Assembly: GCA_002787815.1 (NCBI GenBank)
Contig: PCUY01000025.1
Span: forward strand, 44 to 64,043
Source: Bacteroidetes bacterium CG12_big_fil_rev_8_21_14_0_65_60_17
Lineage (GTDB): Bacteria; Bacteroidota; Rhodothermia; Rhodothermales; UBA10348
Direction: 5' to 3'
Length of the DNA: 64,000 nucleotides
Positions 28,286 through 36,975 of this stretch are shown piece after piece. Position 1 is the first letter of the stretch. Each line of letters opens with the position of its first letter. The position numbers and the translations under genes are program-made. The notes under the pieces are model-generated. The model saw nothing but the letters and a program-made list of their open reading frames with translations. It was not told the origin of the DNA and searched no databases.

Positions 28286-30193
28286 TTACTTGTAGCTACG
28301 GGTTGTGAGCTGCACGTTCTCAAATTCAAGATCTTCGGTATGGCGTACATGGCTGCCATCACCGGAGTGTTCCCACGCGGCGACATGCGTGAAGTCCTCG
28401 TCGTTTCGCATGGCTTCTCCTTCGGGAGACTGATATTCTTCCCGGAAATGCCCACCACACGACTCTTCGCGTTCCAAGGCATCGCGGGCCACGAGTTCTC
28501 CCAGTTCCAGGAAATCGGCGACCCGTCCGGCAAATTCCAGGTACTTGTTGAAATGTGTGGGTTCACCAGGCACAAGTACATTCTGCCAGAACTCATCGCG
28601 CAATGCGGATATCTGCTCAATTCCGCGCAGAAGGCCTTCTTTCGTGCGAGACATTCCCACCTCGTCCCACATGATTTTTCCGAGTTCACGGTGGAACTCC
28701 ACGATGGTCTTATTACCCTGGATGGCAAGAAGTTGGTCGATACGGCGCGTAGCGGCGTCCTCTGCCTCAGCGAACGCAGGGTGGCCGGTGTCGACGGCAT
28801 CGATAGAGGTACCGGCAATGTAGTTGCCAAGTGTGTATGGGATGACGAAATACCCATCCGAAAGGCCCTGCATCAGGGCCGATGCGCCGAGTCTGTTCGC
28901 CCCGTGATCTGAAAAATTGGCCTCGCCCAGCACAAACAGTCCGGGAACGGTGCTCTGAAGTTCGTAATCCACCCAGAGTCCGCCCATGGCATAATGCACG
29001 GCCGGGAAAATCCGCATGGGCATTTCGTACGGGTTCTCTCCCGTAATGCGCTCGTACATTTCGAAGAGGTTCCCGTAGCGGGCTTCGATGGTGTCCTTGC
29101 CCAGCCGATTGATGGCATCGGCGAAGTCGAGGTATACCGCCAGCTTCGTTTCGCCAACCCCCCGGCCTTCGTCCGCTACATTTTTTGCATTGCGTGAAGC
29201 CACGTCCCGGGGTACAAGATTTCCAAAGCTCGGATAGCGCCGCTCCAGATAATAATCGCGGTCCTCTTCGGGAATGTCACGCGGTTTCCGTTCGTCGCTG
29301 GGGTCTTTGGGCACCCATACCCGGCCATCGTTTCGAAGACTTTCACTCATGAGCGTGAGCTTGGACTGATAGTCGCCGGAGACCGGGATGCAAGTCGGGT
29401 GAATCTGCGTGTAGCACGGGTTGGCAAAATATGCCCCCCGCTTGTGAGCGCGCCAGGCAGCGGTAACGTTGGAGTTCTTGGCATTCGTGGACAGGTAATA
29501 CGCGTTGGCATAGCCACCGGTACAGAGGAGGACAGCATCGCCAATGTGCCGTTCCATCTCACCTGTCACAAGATTGCGGGTAATTATGCCTCGGGCTTTC
29601 CCATTGATGTTGACGAGGTCGAGCATCTCTCTGCGGGAGAACATTTCAATGTTTCCGGCATGAATCTGGCGGCTCATGGCCTGGTATGCACCGAGCAAAA
29701 GTTGCTGCCCCGTCTGCCCGCGTGCGTAGAACGTGCGACTCACCTGGGCCCCACCGAAGGAGCGGTTGTCAAGAAGCCCGCCGTATTCTCTGGCAAAAGG
29801 TACGCCCTGGGCTACGGCCTGATCAATGATGTTGTTGGCCACCTGTGCAAGGCGGTAAACGTTTGCCTCGCGGGAGCGGTAATCGCCACCCTTGATCGTG
29901 TCATAGAACAGACGCCAGACCGAATCGCCGTCATTGGGATAATTCTTCGCCGCATTGATGCCACCTTGGGCAGCAATGGAGTGCGCCCGCCTGGGGGAAT
30001 CCTGGATGCAGAAGCTCTTGACGTTGTATCCCAGCTCTGCAAGCGTGGCGGCCGCCGAGCCGCCCGCAAGACCTGTACCCACGACAAGCACGGTGTGCTT
30101 TCGCTTGTTGGCTGGATTTACCAGTTTGCAACTGTTTTTGTAGTTGTCCCACTTCTCCTTCAGGGGACCGGCGGGAATCTTGGAGTCAAGCAT
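28286..30193 (-). CDS. sdhA: Succinate dehydrogenase/fumarate reductase flavoprotein subunit
   Basis: FAD-binding [12 protein letters not shown], the covalent-FAD histidine context [11 protein letters not shown], and HYAMGG. Confidence 0.95.
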   Translation of the reverse strand: MLDSKIPAGPLKEKWDNYKNSCKLVNPANKRKHTVLVVGTGLAGGSAAATLAELGYNVKSFCIQDSPRRAHSIAAQGGINAAKNYPNDGDSVWRLFYDTIKGGDYRSREANVYRLAQVANNIIDQAVAQGVPFAREYGGLLDNRSFGGAQVSRTFYARGQTGQQLLLGAYQAMSRQIHAGNIEMFSRREMLDLVNINGKARGIITRNLVTGEMERHIGDAVLLCTGGYANAYYLSTNAKNSNVTAAWRAHKRGAYFANPCYTQIHPTCIPVSGDYQSKLTLMSESLRNDGRVWVPKDPSDERKPRDIPEEDRDYYLERRYPSFGNLVPRDVASRNAKNVADEGRGVGETKLAVYLDFADAINRLGKDTIEARYGNLFEMYERITGENPYEMPMRIFPAVHYAMGGLWVDYELQSTVPGLFVLGEANFSDHGANRLGASALMQGLSDGYFVIPYTLGNYIAGTSIDAVDTGHPAFAEAEDAATRRIDQLLAIQGNKTIVEFHRELGKIMWDEVGMSRTKEGLLRGIEQISALRDEFWQNVLVPGEPTHFNKYLEFAGRVADFLELGELVARDALEREESCGGHFREEYQSPEGEAMRNDEDFTHVAAWEHSGDGSHVRHTEDLEFENVQLTTRSYK

Positions 30194-30250
30194 AGCGGAA
30201 ACGATTAATGCTGTCGCAGGAAATGAACAGGCGTCGAGGCCCCGGGCACG

Positions 30251-30961
30251 TCATATGAATCCGAAGTAGATGGCCAGTGGCATGACAATAAAGCCAGCGG
30301 CAATTCCGGCCCCCAGAAGACCCCCAATCGTGTAAACGACGGGTGTCAGCGAGGGACGCATGGCTCCGAGAGACTGCAGCGCACTCCAGACGCCGTGCCG
30401 CAGGTGAAGCATGAGAAGCAACATGATGATGGTGTACCCGAATGTGTACCACGGCGTCTGAAATTTTTCATGGACGAGTTTCGCCAGATCCCGCATTCCC
30501 ACTCCGTCGACCGTCGTGAAGTAGGCTGCGTTGGCATTACCAGGTCCACCAGGTCCGAACTTGAACGACAGGAGATGAATGACCAGGAAAGCCATCAACA
30601 ACAACCCGGTTATGATCATGGATCGGGATGCGACCGTCTGGCGACTGGGACCTCCCGCGGTTCGGCGGACAGCGTACCGGGACCTCCGTGCGCGCCGGTT
30701 TCCCATGGCAATCCGGATACCCGTAATGATATGGAACACGAAGAATGCCAGCAGGCCAATCTCAACCGCATAGAACAGCGGACCCAGGCTCACCAGGAAA
30801 TGGGCATATTGGTTGTATGCATCCGGGCCCGAGAACATGGTCAGGTTGCCGATCATGTGTCCCAGGACGAACAGCGTCAGTCCGAGACCGGTAACACCAG
30901 TGACCACCTTTTTCAATATGGGTGAAGACAACCACCCGGATTCAGCAGACGAAGAGCTCAT
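30251..30961 (-). CDS. sdhC: Succinate dehydrogenase cytochrome b subunit (b558-type single subunit)
   Basis: A five-TM protein with heme-ligand histidines, located directly upstream of sdhA. Start placed at MSSSSAE; the ORF extends to 31009. Confidence 0.75.
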   Translation of the reverse strand: MSSSSAESGWLSSPILKKVVTGVTGLGLTLFVLGHMIGNLTMFSGPDAYNQYAHFLVSLGPLFYAVEIGLLAFFVFHIITGIRIAMGNRRARRSRYAVRRTAGGPSRQTVASRSMIITGLLLMAFLVIHLLSFKFGPGGPGNANAAYFTTVDGVGMRDLAKLVHEKFQTPWYTFGYTIIMLLLMLHLRHGVWSALQSLGAMRPSLTPVVYTIGGLLGAGIAAGFIVMPLAIYFGFI

Positions 30962-31095
30962 TGTGTCTCGTGATGTCGTGACGTTTTCCCCAATGTACAA
31001 ATCAACCAACTCGGTGTCTCATAGTGTTTGTAAAACCATGGTGTGTTTTAGAAGGCTGTGTGTTTCCATCGTACGATTCCGGCGCCATATTCCGT

Positions 31096-32304
31096 TCAAT
31101 GGCGATTTTTATCCGTTGAAAGAGCAGGGCTCCTTTGCACGGTGCGATTCCTGGGTCCCACATACGCGGCGCGAGGTCGGATGAGCCGGTTGTCATTCCA
31201 CTGCTCCATGATGTGGGCCGTCCATCCCGTGACGCGCGACATGGCAAAAATGGGCGTGAACATGTCTGCTGGGATACCCAGTGTGGCATATACCGAAGCC
31301 GAAAAAAAGTCTACGTTCGGATACAGTTTCCTGGACTCGGCCATCGTGTCCATGATTTCCACGCTCATATCCAGCCACAGGCTTCCTCCCTGCTCATCGG
31401 CCAGGGTCTGCAGCAGGTCCTTCAGAATGACCGCCCTGGGGTCGATGGTGCGATAAACCCGGTGGCCAAAGCCCATTATGCGCTCCTTGGTTTCAAGCTT
31501 TTCCAGGATGACTTCCCGTGGAGCACGGTTCTGCGACTCGAGGTCCTCAAGCATGCGCATGACGGCCGTATTGGCACCTCCGTGCAGTGGCCCCTTCAGG
31601 GCCCCGATGGCAGCCGTGATCGCCGAGTGTGTGTCCGACAGCGTTGCGGCGACCGTACGGGCCGTAAAGGTGGATGCATTCAGCCCATGCTCGGCATGCA
31701 ACGTGAGGCAGGTATCGAAAATCTGCTCCGCCGCATCGCCCGGCAGCGTTCCGGTCAGCATGAACAGGAAATTCCGCGCGGTTGAGCCTTCGGCCATGGG
31801 GGGTATCGGCATGAGTCCGGCTCGCCGCCGCTGGAAGGCGGAAATGATTACGGGAATTTTTGCAGTGAGGTGTATGGACTGCGTCAGGGGGTCATCGCTC
31901 TCTTCCATGGGATACCCGCCCACGGGCAACATGGATACTGCGGTCCGGAGCACGGACATGGGCTCAGCATGTTCACCAGCCCGGGCCAGGAATTCGTGGA
32001 CAGCCGGCGGAATGTAGCGGTGTGCGGCGAGTTGTCGCTCGAGTCGGCGCGACTCTTCTGGCGTGGGCAATTCTCCGGTCCACAGTAGCCAGGCAACGTC
32101 CTCGAAAGAGCAGTGAACGGCAAGGTCGGCGATATCGTAACCTCGGTACAGGAGCGCCCCCGCATTCCCATCAATGTCACAAATGGCCGATTCCAGCGCA
32201 ATGACTCCGTCGAGACCGCGTGCTGTTGGAGGAGATGACATTTCGGTGGCCGGATTCATGTGAGAGATGGGGTGCAGGATAGCCATGTTCGATATTCGAG
32301 TCAA
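31096..32304 (-). CDS. Citrate synthase (short, type I-like)
   Basis: GLDGVIALES, HAEHGLNAST and MGFGHRVYRTIDPRA. The true start may be an internal Met (32259 or 32241). Confidence 0.9.
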   Translation of the reverse strand: MTRISNMAILHPISHMNPATEMSSPPTARGLDGVIALESAICDIDGNAGALLYRGYDIADLAVHCSFEDVAWLLWTGELPTPEESRRLERQLAAHRYIPPAVHEFLARAGEHAEPMSVLRTAVSMLPVGGYPMEESDDPLTQSIHLTAKIPVIISAFQRRRAGLMPIPPMAEGSTARNFLFMLTGTLPGDAAEQIFDTCLTLHAEHGLNASTFTARTVAATLSDTHSAITAAIGALKGPLHGGANTAVMRMLEDLESQNRAPREVILEKLETKERIMGFGHRVYRTIDPRAVILKDLLQTLADEQGGSLWLDMSVEIMDTMAESRKLYPNVDFFSASVYATLGIPADMFTPIFAMSRVTGWTAHIMEQWNDNRLIRPRAAYVGPRNRTVQRSPALSTDKNRH

Positions 32305-32648
32305 CCAAATACGCGGTCACCGGGATCATTCGAAGCCGGAGGCGATTTACCCGGTACCAACCTATTCCGGTGGAATCCACAAAGGTCGGACCGTATGCCG
32401 CTGCGGATTGCCACCCATCCGATTTCCTGAAGCACAGGCACGGTTACTCTCTTGACAGATCATCGCAATCCTATTTCTTGGGCACTATTTGTTGCCCTGT
32501 CGCTCGGCATGGTTCGCCGTGCAGCAGGATATGCCATGGGCTTCATGTCATCGGAGGGATGCCACGCTTCAGCCTTTCCAACGCATGACAGGATGTATTC
32601 TGGCCCCAGTGGTAATTCAACGGGCCAATCCCTGTCCAACGATATTGT

Positions 32649-35024
32649 ATGTCCAAGGAAATTATTGTCAACCATGGAAAACAGACCCGACTCGCCATTT
32701 TGGAGAATGGCGAGCTCGTGGAGCTGTTTATTGAGAATCCGGAACACGAACGCACCATTGGAAACATCTTCCTCGGCCGCGTTCGGCGCATCATGCCGAG
32801 TATCCAGGCCGCTTTTGTGGATATCGGGCAGAAGCAGGATGCTTTCCTGCACTTTTCGGATCTGATCGAAAACGTTACGGACTGGCTCCAGTTCGTACAG
32901 GCAGACAAACCCGTGATTGGCCAGTTCCAGGCCAACTACGTCACGCGTCCGACGCGGAAAATGCGGCGTAGACCCCGTGGCCAGGAAGAGGGTGCGAAGG
33001 GGTTGGGCGGAGGATCACACCGTCACGTGGCCGGTCGCGACAAAGCTGATCGCCGGAAATCCGCGCAGAAACGTCAACGCGCGCGCGGAAAGGAACGGGA
33101 AGAGTTGTCACGTTCCGACGGGGCGGGCGAAGACGGGCCGGGTGATCCTACCACGTTTCTGAAGCGTGATCAACCCGTGTTGGTGAAAATCAGCAAGGAG
33201 CCCATCGCCAACAAAGGAAGCCGTGTGACGACGGACATCTCGCTGGCTGGTCGGTTTCTGGTGCTCGTTCCCATGGCCAACTATGTAGCCGTTTCGAAGA
33301 AAATCCAATCGTTCAAGGAACGGCGTCGTCTGCGTGCCCTGGCGAACAGTCTGTTGCCGGAGGGATTCGGTGTGATTGTTCGAACAGTCGCCTCCGGCAA
33401 AAATGCGAAGTCGCTCGATACGGACCTGAACCTGTTGCTCGACAAGTGGCGCAGGATTGAGGAGAAACTGGCGCAAAACCCCAAACCACCGGTGGAACTG
33501 CATGAAGACGTGAACATGACGTCTTCGATCATGCGTGACCTTTTCACGGACGACTACGACAGGATCCTGATCGATGACCACCGCACGTTCAAGAACGTAA
33601 AAGGCTACGTCCAAGCCATAGCACCCCAAATGGCCGATGCCGTACAGGAATACACGGGCAAGACACCCGTTTTTGACTCTGTGGGAATTTCTGCCACGGT
33701 AAACGAAGCGTTCGAAAGCCGTGTAAACATGCCCTCCGGCGGCTATTTGTTCATAGAGCAGACCGAGGCCATGCACGTCGTTGACGTGAACTCCGGTCGT
33801 GCCGGAAAGGGAATGTCCCAGGAGGACAGCTCACTCAAGATCAATCTGGAGGCAGCCAGAGTCATTGCGAGACAGGTACGGCTGCGTGACCTGGGTGGTA
33901 TTATCGTGATTGACTTTATTGATATGCGCCACGAGCGGAACAGACGAAAGGTTTTTGATGAGCTGCGTCGCGAGTTTCGCAAGGATCGTGCCGTGACGAA
34001 GGTGCTTCCAATGAGCGATTTCGGGCTGATGCAGGTGACGCGGCAACGCCTGCGACCGAGTATTACGAAGACGTTCTCGGCCGATGGATCGGATGCTGAC
34101 CCGGACGTGACGCTTTCCGTAGCGACACGACAGGAATCCCCGGACCGCACACCTCAGCCCCGCCCGGGACTCAACATCACGCTGAAGGCGCCGCCCTCCG
34201 CATCTCCCGAAGAAATCCTTGGGCAACTGGATATCTGGATCCAGAATTGGCTTGAAAGCGGTGGAAAAGGGGCGCTCAAACTCTGTGTGCACCCGTTCCT
34301 GGCTGCGTGGTTGAACAAGCGGATACCCAATCAGACGACCCGGTGGTTTCTGAGACATCTGGTACGCGTCAAGGTGGTCGCCGATGATGACATCAATCCA
34401 TTGGCCTTCCGTTTCATTGATCAGCGGACGAAAGAGGATCTGACCGATCGTTTTCAGTCCACACCGGGGAAGAAGGCGCCCGAGAGAAAAGCGCAGCATA
34501 AAAAGGCGCCCGAGAGAAATGTGCAGGTTAAAAAGGCGCCAGAGGAGAAAACACCCGGGAAGAAGGCGCCCGAGAGAAATGCACCGAATGTGTCGCAGCG
34601 TGGCGACGACAGCAGCCGGCATCGCGGCGGGCGTGGCAGCCGCGGAGAAGGCAGCCGCGGAGAAGGCAGCCGCGGAGAAGGCAGCCGCGGAGAAGGCGGG
34701 AGTCGGTCCGACGAAAACACCGGGAGTCGGGGTGGTCGAAGCAGCCGCAGTGGTGGTGGCAGCCGTAGCAGTGGAAACAGCCGCAGTGGCGGAAGCAGCC
34801 GTAGCGACGGACGCAGCCGTAGCAGTGAGCCATCGTCGGAAGCAAAGCCCGTAACGGAACCGGAGTCAAAACCATCGAAGCCGGTGGAGCCGGTTGCCGA
34901 CAACCCGACGCCCACGGGTGGGAAAACATCCCGTTCATCGTCATCCAGGCGCCGTGGACGCAGCGGAACATCACGCCGTGGCAGTAACCGCCGCCGGCCA
35001 GACAGCGACCAGCCTGGAGGATGA
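32649..35024 (+). CDS. Rne/Rng family ribonuclease (RNase E/G) with a basic insertion and a long disordered C-terminal tail
   Basis: S1 domain IGNIFLGRVRRIMPSIQAAFVDIG, KGSRVTTDISLAGRFLVLVP, the catalytic-core VVDVNSG, and LRDLGGIIVIDFIDM. The last ~270 aa are R/S/G/K/P-rich. Confidence 0.88.
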   Translation: MSKEIIVNHGKQTRLAILENGELVELFIENPEHERTIGNIFLGRVRRIMPSIQAAFVDIGQKQDAFLHFSDLIENVTDWLQFVQADKPVIGQFQANYVTRPTRKMRRRPRGQEEGAKGLGGGSHRHVAGRDKADRRKSAQKRQRARGKEREELSRSDGAGEDGPGDPTTFLKRDQPVLVKISKEPIANKGSRVTTDISLAGRFLVLVPMANYVAVSKKIQSFKERRRLRALANSLLPEGFGVIVRTVASGKNAKSLDTDLNLLLDKWRRIEEKLAQNPKPPVELHEDVNMTSSIMRDLFTDDYDRILIDDHRTFKNVKGYVQAIAPQMADAVQEYTGKTPVFDSVGISATVNEAFESRVNMPSGGYLFIEQTEAMHVVDVNSGRAGKGMSQEDSSLKINLEAARVIARQVRLRDLGGIIVIDFIDMRHERNRRKVFDELRREFRKDRAVTKVLPMSDFGLMQVTRQRLRPSITKTFSADGSDADPDVTLSVATRQESPDRTPQPRPGLNITLKAPPSASPEEILGQLDIWIQNWLESGGKGALKLCVHPFLAAWLNKRIPNQTTRWFLRHLVRVKVVADDDINPLAFRFIDQRTKEDLTDRFQSTPGKKAPERKAQHKKAPERNVQVKKAPEEKTPGKKAPERNAPNVSQRGDDSSRHRGGRGSRGEGSRGEGSRGEGSRGEGGSRSDENTGSRGGRSSRSGGGSRSSGNSRSGGSSRSDGRSRSSEPSSEAKPVTEPESKPSKPVEPVADNPTPTGGKTSRSSSSRRRGRSGTSRRGSNRRRPDSDQPGG
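34471..34590 (+). repeat. Four 30-nt in-frame repeats (KKAPER-type decapeptides) inside the ribonuclease gene
   Basis: The core aagaaggcgcccgagagaaa (or a close variant) starts at 34471, 34501, 34531 and 34561. Confidence 0.8.
34635..34694 (+). repeat. Four perfect 15-nt tandem repeats (GSRGE x4) inside the ribonuclease gene
   Basis: ggcagccgcggagaa repeated exactly four times, head to tail. Confidence 0.95.
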
Positions 35025-35055
35025 TTCATTTTGTGACACTTTCCGGAGACCGGGA

Positions 35056-35787
35056 ATGATGCGTGTGCTTCTGGTGGGGTTGTTCTTTGGGCTCGTCTCC
35101 GGTCAGACCGCGTCGGCCCAACTCAACTATGGATCGGACCGCGCCATCAACCAGACGTTGGAGCTTACCGTCTCGGTCATCGATTTCTATTTTGACGGGT
35201 CCGATACGGACGAACCAGTATTTGATTTCAACGAACCAGCGTATGGCGTGGCGTATTCACGTCCGGGATTCCTGGCGCGGTTTGCTCGTGGATCACAGGA
35301 CAGTGGCGAGGACGACCTGAGGCTGACCGACTTCATGATTACGGCGTCGGGCGCCTGGCGACCGTGGCCCCGTGCAACGGGTTTTCAGCCGACTGTGCCT
35401 CTCGGTGTCCATTCAGGGTATCGACGTGTATCCCGCGACGAGGATCGGGGAACGTTCAATGCATTTGAGTTCACGACGTTGGCTATAGGTGCAGGGCTTG
35501 GCGCAGAGGCCAATGGAGCGCGTGCACGATGGCGCCTTCGGGTCATTCCCATGATCGGGATTGCCCAGCGATCGTTGGGTACCGATACGGGGTCATCGAC
35601 CATGCTCGATGCAAATACGCACGTGACACTCGGGCCACTCAACGATCAATTCGGAATCAGTGTTGGATATGGTTTCCGGTGGCAGGCGTGGGACGTCGAT
35701 GCGTCCGATTTCAATGAGGCAGCCACGGACGACACTTTCGATTACACAGGTACAATGCATACCTTCCGGATCGGAATCCTGTTCTGA
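35056..35787 (+). CDS. Hypothetical secreted protein, possibly an outer-membrane beta-barrel
   Basis: Signal peptide MMRVLLVGLFFGLVSGQTASAQ, alternating beta-strand-like pattern, and an aromatic C-terminus (FRIGILF). The supplied ORF's upstream extension overlaps the ribonuclease gene and was trimmed. Confidence 0.55.
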   Translation: MMRVLLVGLFFGLVSGQTASAQLNYGSDRAINQTLELTVSVIDFYFDGSDTDEPVFDFNEPAYGVAYSRPGFLARFARGSQDSGEDDLRLTDFMITASGAWRPWPRATGFQPTVPLGVHSGYRRVSRDEDRGTFNAFEFTTLAIGAGLGAEANGARARWRLRVIPMIGIAQRSLGTDTGSSTMLDANTHVTLGPLNDQFGISVGYGFRWQAWDVDASDFNEAATDDTFDYTGTMHTFRIGILF

Positions 35788-35790
35788 TCA

Positions 35791-36075
35791 ATGAAAACGA
35801 CACAGATAGTAAAAGAATTGGAGGGTGCCGTAGAGCAACTCGGGCTCCGCGTGAGACGGGAAACCGGCAATTTCCGGGGAGGACCGTGCGTGCGAAATGA
35901 GGAAGCGCTGCTCATGCTCAACCGTCGGCATCCCCCCGAAATACATTTGGCCGTGTTGGCCGATGCGCTGCAGGACCTGCCGGTCGATACCATTTTCCTT
36001 CGCCCCGCCGTCAGGAGGGCCCTCGAAGATGCATGGGCGCGTCACGACGTGGTGGAAATTGAGACCGAGGAATAG
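35791..36075 (+). CDS. Hypothetical protein (94 aa)
   Basis: It fills the gap between the neighbouring genes (3-nt and 6-nt spacers) on the same strand. I recognise no motif. Confidence 0.45.
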   Translation: MKTTQIVKELEGAVEQLGLRVRRETGNFRGGPCVRNEEALLMLNRRHPPEIHLAVLADALQDLPVDTIFLRPAVRRALEDAWARHDVVEIETEE

Positions 36076-36081
36076 GTTCGC

Positions 36082-36885
36082 TTGCCTGTCCACCAGATGA
36101 GAGCCGTACGCATCCAGCTTTTGGGGACGGGAACGTCGACCGGTGTTCCGGTCGTGGGTTGCAGCTGTCCCACGTGTACATCAGGCGATCCCCGTGACCG
36201 CAGACTCCGCTCTTCCTGCATTGTGGAAGTGAATGGCGTACATATTCTGATAGATGCAGGACCGGACCTTCGTCAACAGGCACTGCTATACGGCATCCGT
36301 GACATAGATGCCGTTCTCGTGACGCATCACCACTTTGATCATGTGGCTGGTCTGGATGATCTGAGACCGTTCCTGTTTACCAACCGGACGGCCATACCCT
36401 GCTACGCCATGGGAAATTCGGCCGACGTCCTGCGCACCATGTTCGGATACATTTTCCGGGACGGGTCCTATCCGGGTGTGGCCCGGCTGAGCTTGCAGGA
36501 GGTTGAGGGGCCCTTTGATGTACACTCCCGTACCGATACCGCACGCGTGCGCGTGGTACCCATACCTGCCATGCATGGCTCGCTACCCATTCTCGGGTAC
36601 CGGATTGGCAGCTTTGCCTACCTGACGGATGTCAGTGAAATCCCATACGGGAGCCGTTCGCTGCTTGAGGACCTGGACGTGCTGGTGCTCGATGCCCTGC
36701 GGCCGAATCCGCACCCCATGCATTTTTCCATTGAGCAGGCGATCAAGGAGGCCCGAAGCATAGGAGCGCGTCGAACCCGATTCATCCATATGGCACACGG
36801 AGTGCGTCACGAGGACATCAATGCCTCGTTGCCCGATGGCATGGAACTCGGCTACGACGGAATGAGATTGATGGCTCGGGCCTGA
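36082..36885 (+). CDS. MBL-fold metallo-hydrolase (PhnP/GPMBL-like)
   Basis: LLGTGTSTGVPVVGCSCPTC and the THHHFDH metal motif. Confidence 0.8.
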   Translation: MPVHQMRAVRIQLLGTGTSTGVPVVGCSCPTCTSGDPRDRRLRSSCIVEVNGVHILIDAGPDLRQQALLYGIRDIDAVLVTHHHFDHVAGLDDLRPFLFTNRTAIPCYAMGNSADVLRTMFGYIFRDGSYPGVARLSLQEVEGPFDVHSRTDTARVRVVPIPAMHGSLPILGYRIGSFAYLTDVSEIPYGSRSLLEDLDVLVLDALRPNPHPMHFSIEQAIKEARSIGARRTRFIHMAHGVRHEDINASLPDGMELGYDGMRLMARA

Positions 36886-36927
36886 TGCCCGCCCAAACGC
36901 TCTGGGCTCCCAGGCTGGTTCTTCAGC

Positions 36928-36975
36928 AGCTTTCTACTTGAGCTTTCTACTTGTTCTTCAACAGCTTTCTACTTG
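36928..36975. repeat. Three copies of the 13-mer AGCTTTCTACTTG, one covering the peptidase stop codon
   Basis: Copies lie at 36928-36940, 36941-36953 and 36963-36975. On the minus strand the unit reads CAAGTAGAAAGCT, and the TAG at 36969-36971 is the S9 peptidase stop. Confidence 0.9.

Noticed and set aside
34471-34694. Tandem repeats here, and those at 50728-50799, considered as possible CRISPR-like or minisatellite elements.
   Set aside because: The units are 15-30 nt, directly abutting with no spacers, and in frame within long ORFs. They encode low-complexity peptide repeats and do not form a CRISPR array.
34894-35055. Upstream extension of the 297-aa ORF, overlapping the end of the ribonuclease gene.
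   Set aside because: The extension is R/H/A-rich and overlaps the ribonuclease tail. A Met followed by a clean signal peptide at 35056 gives a sensible secreted protein.
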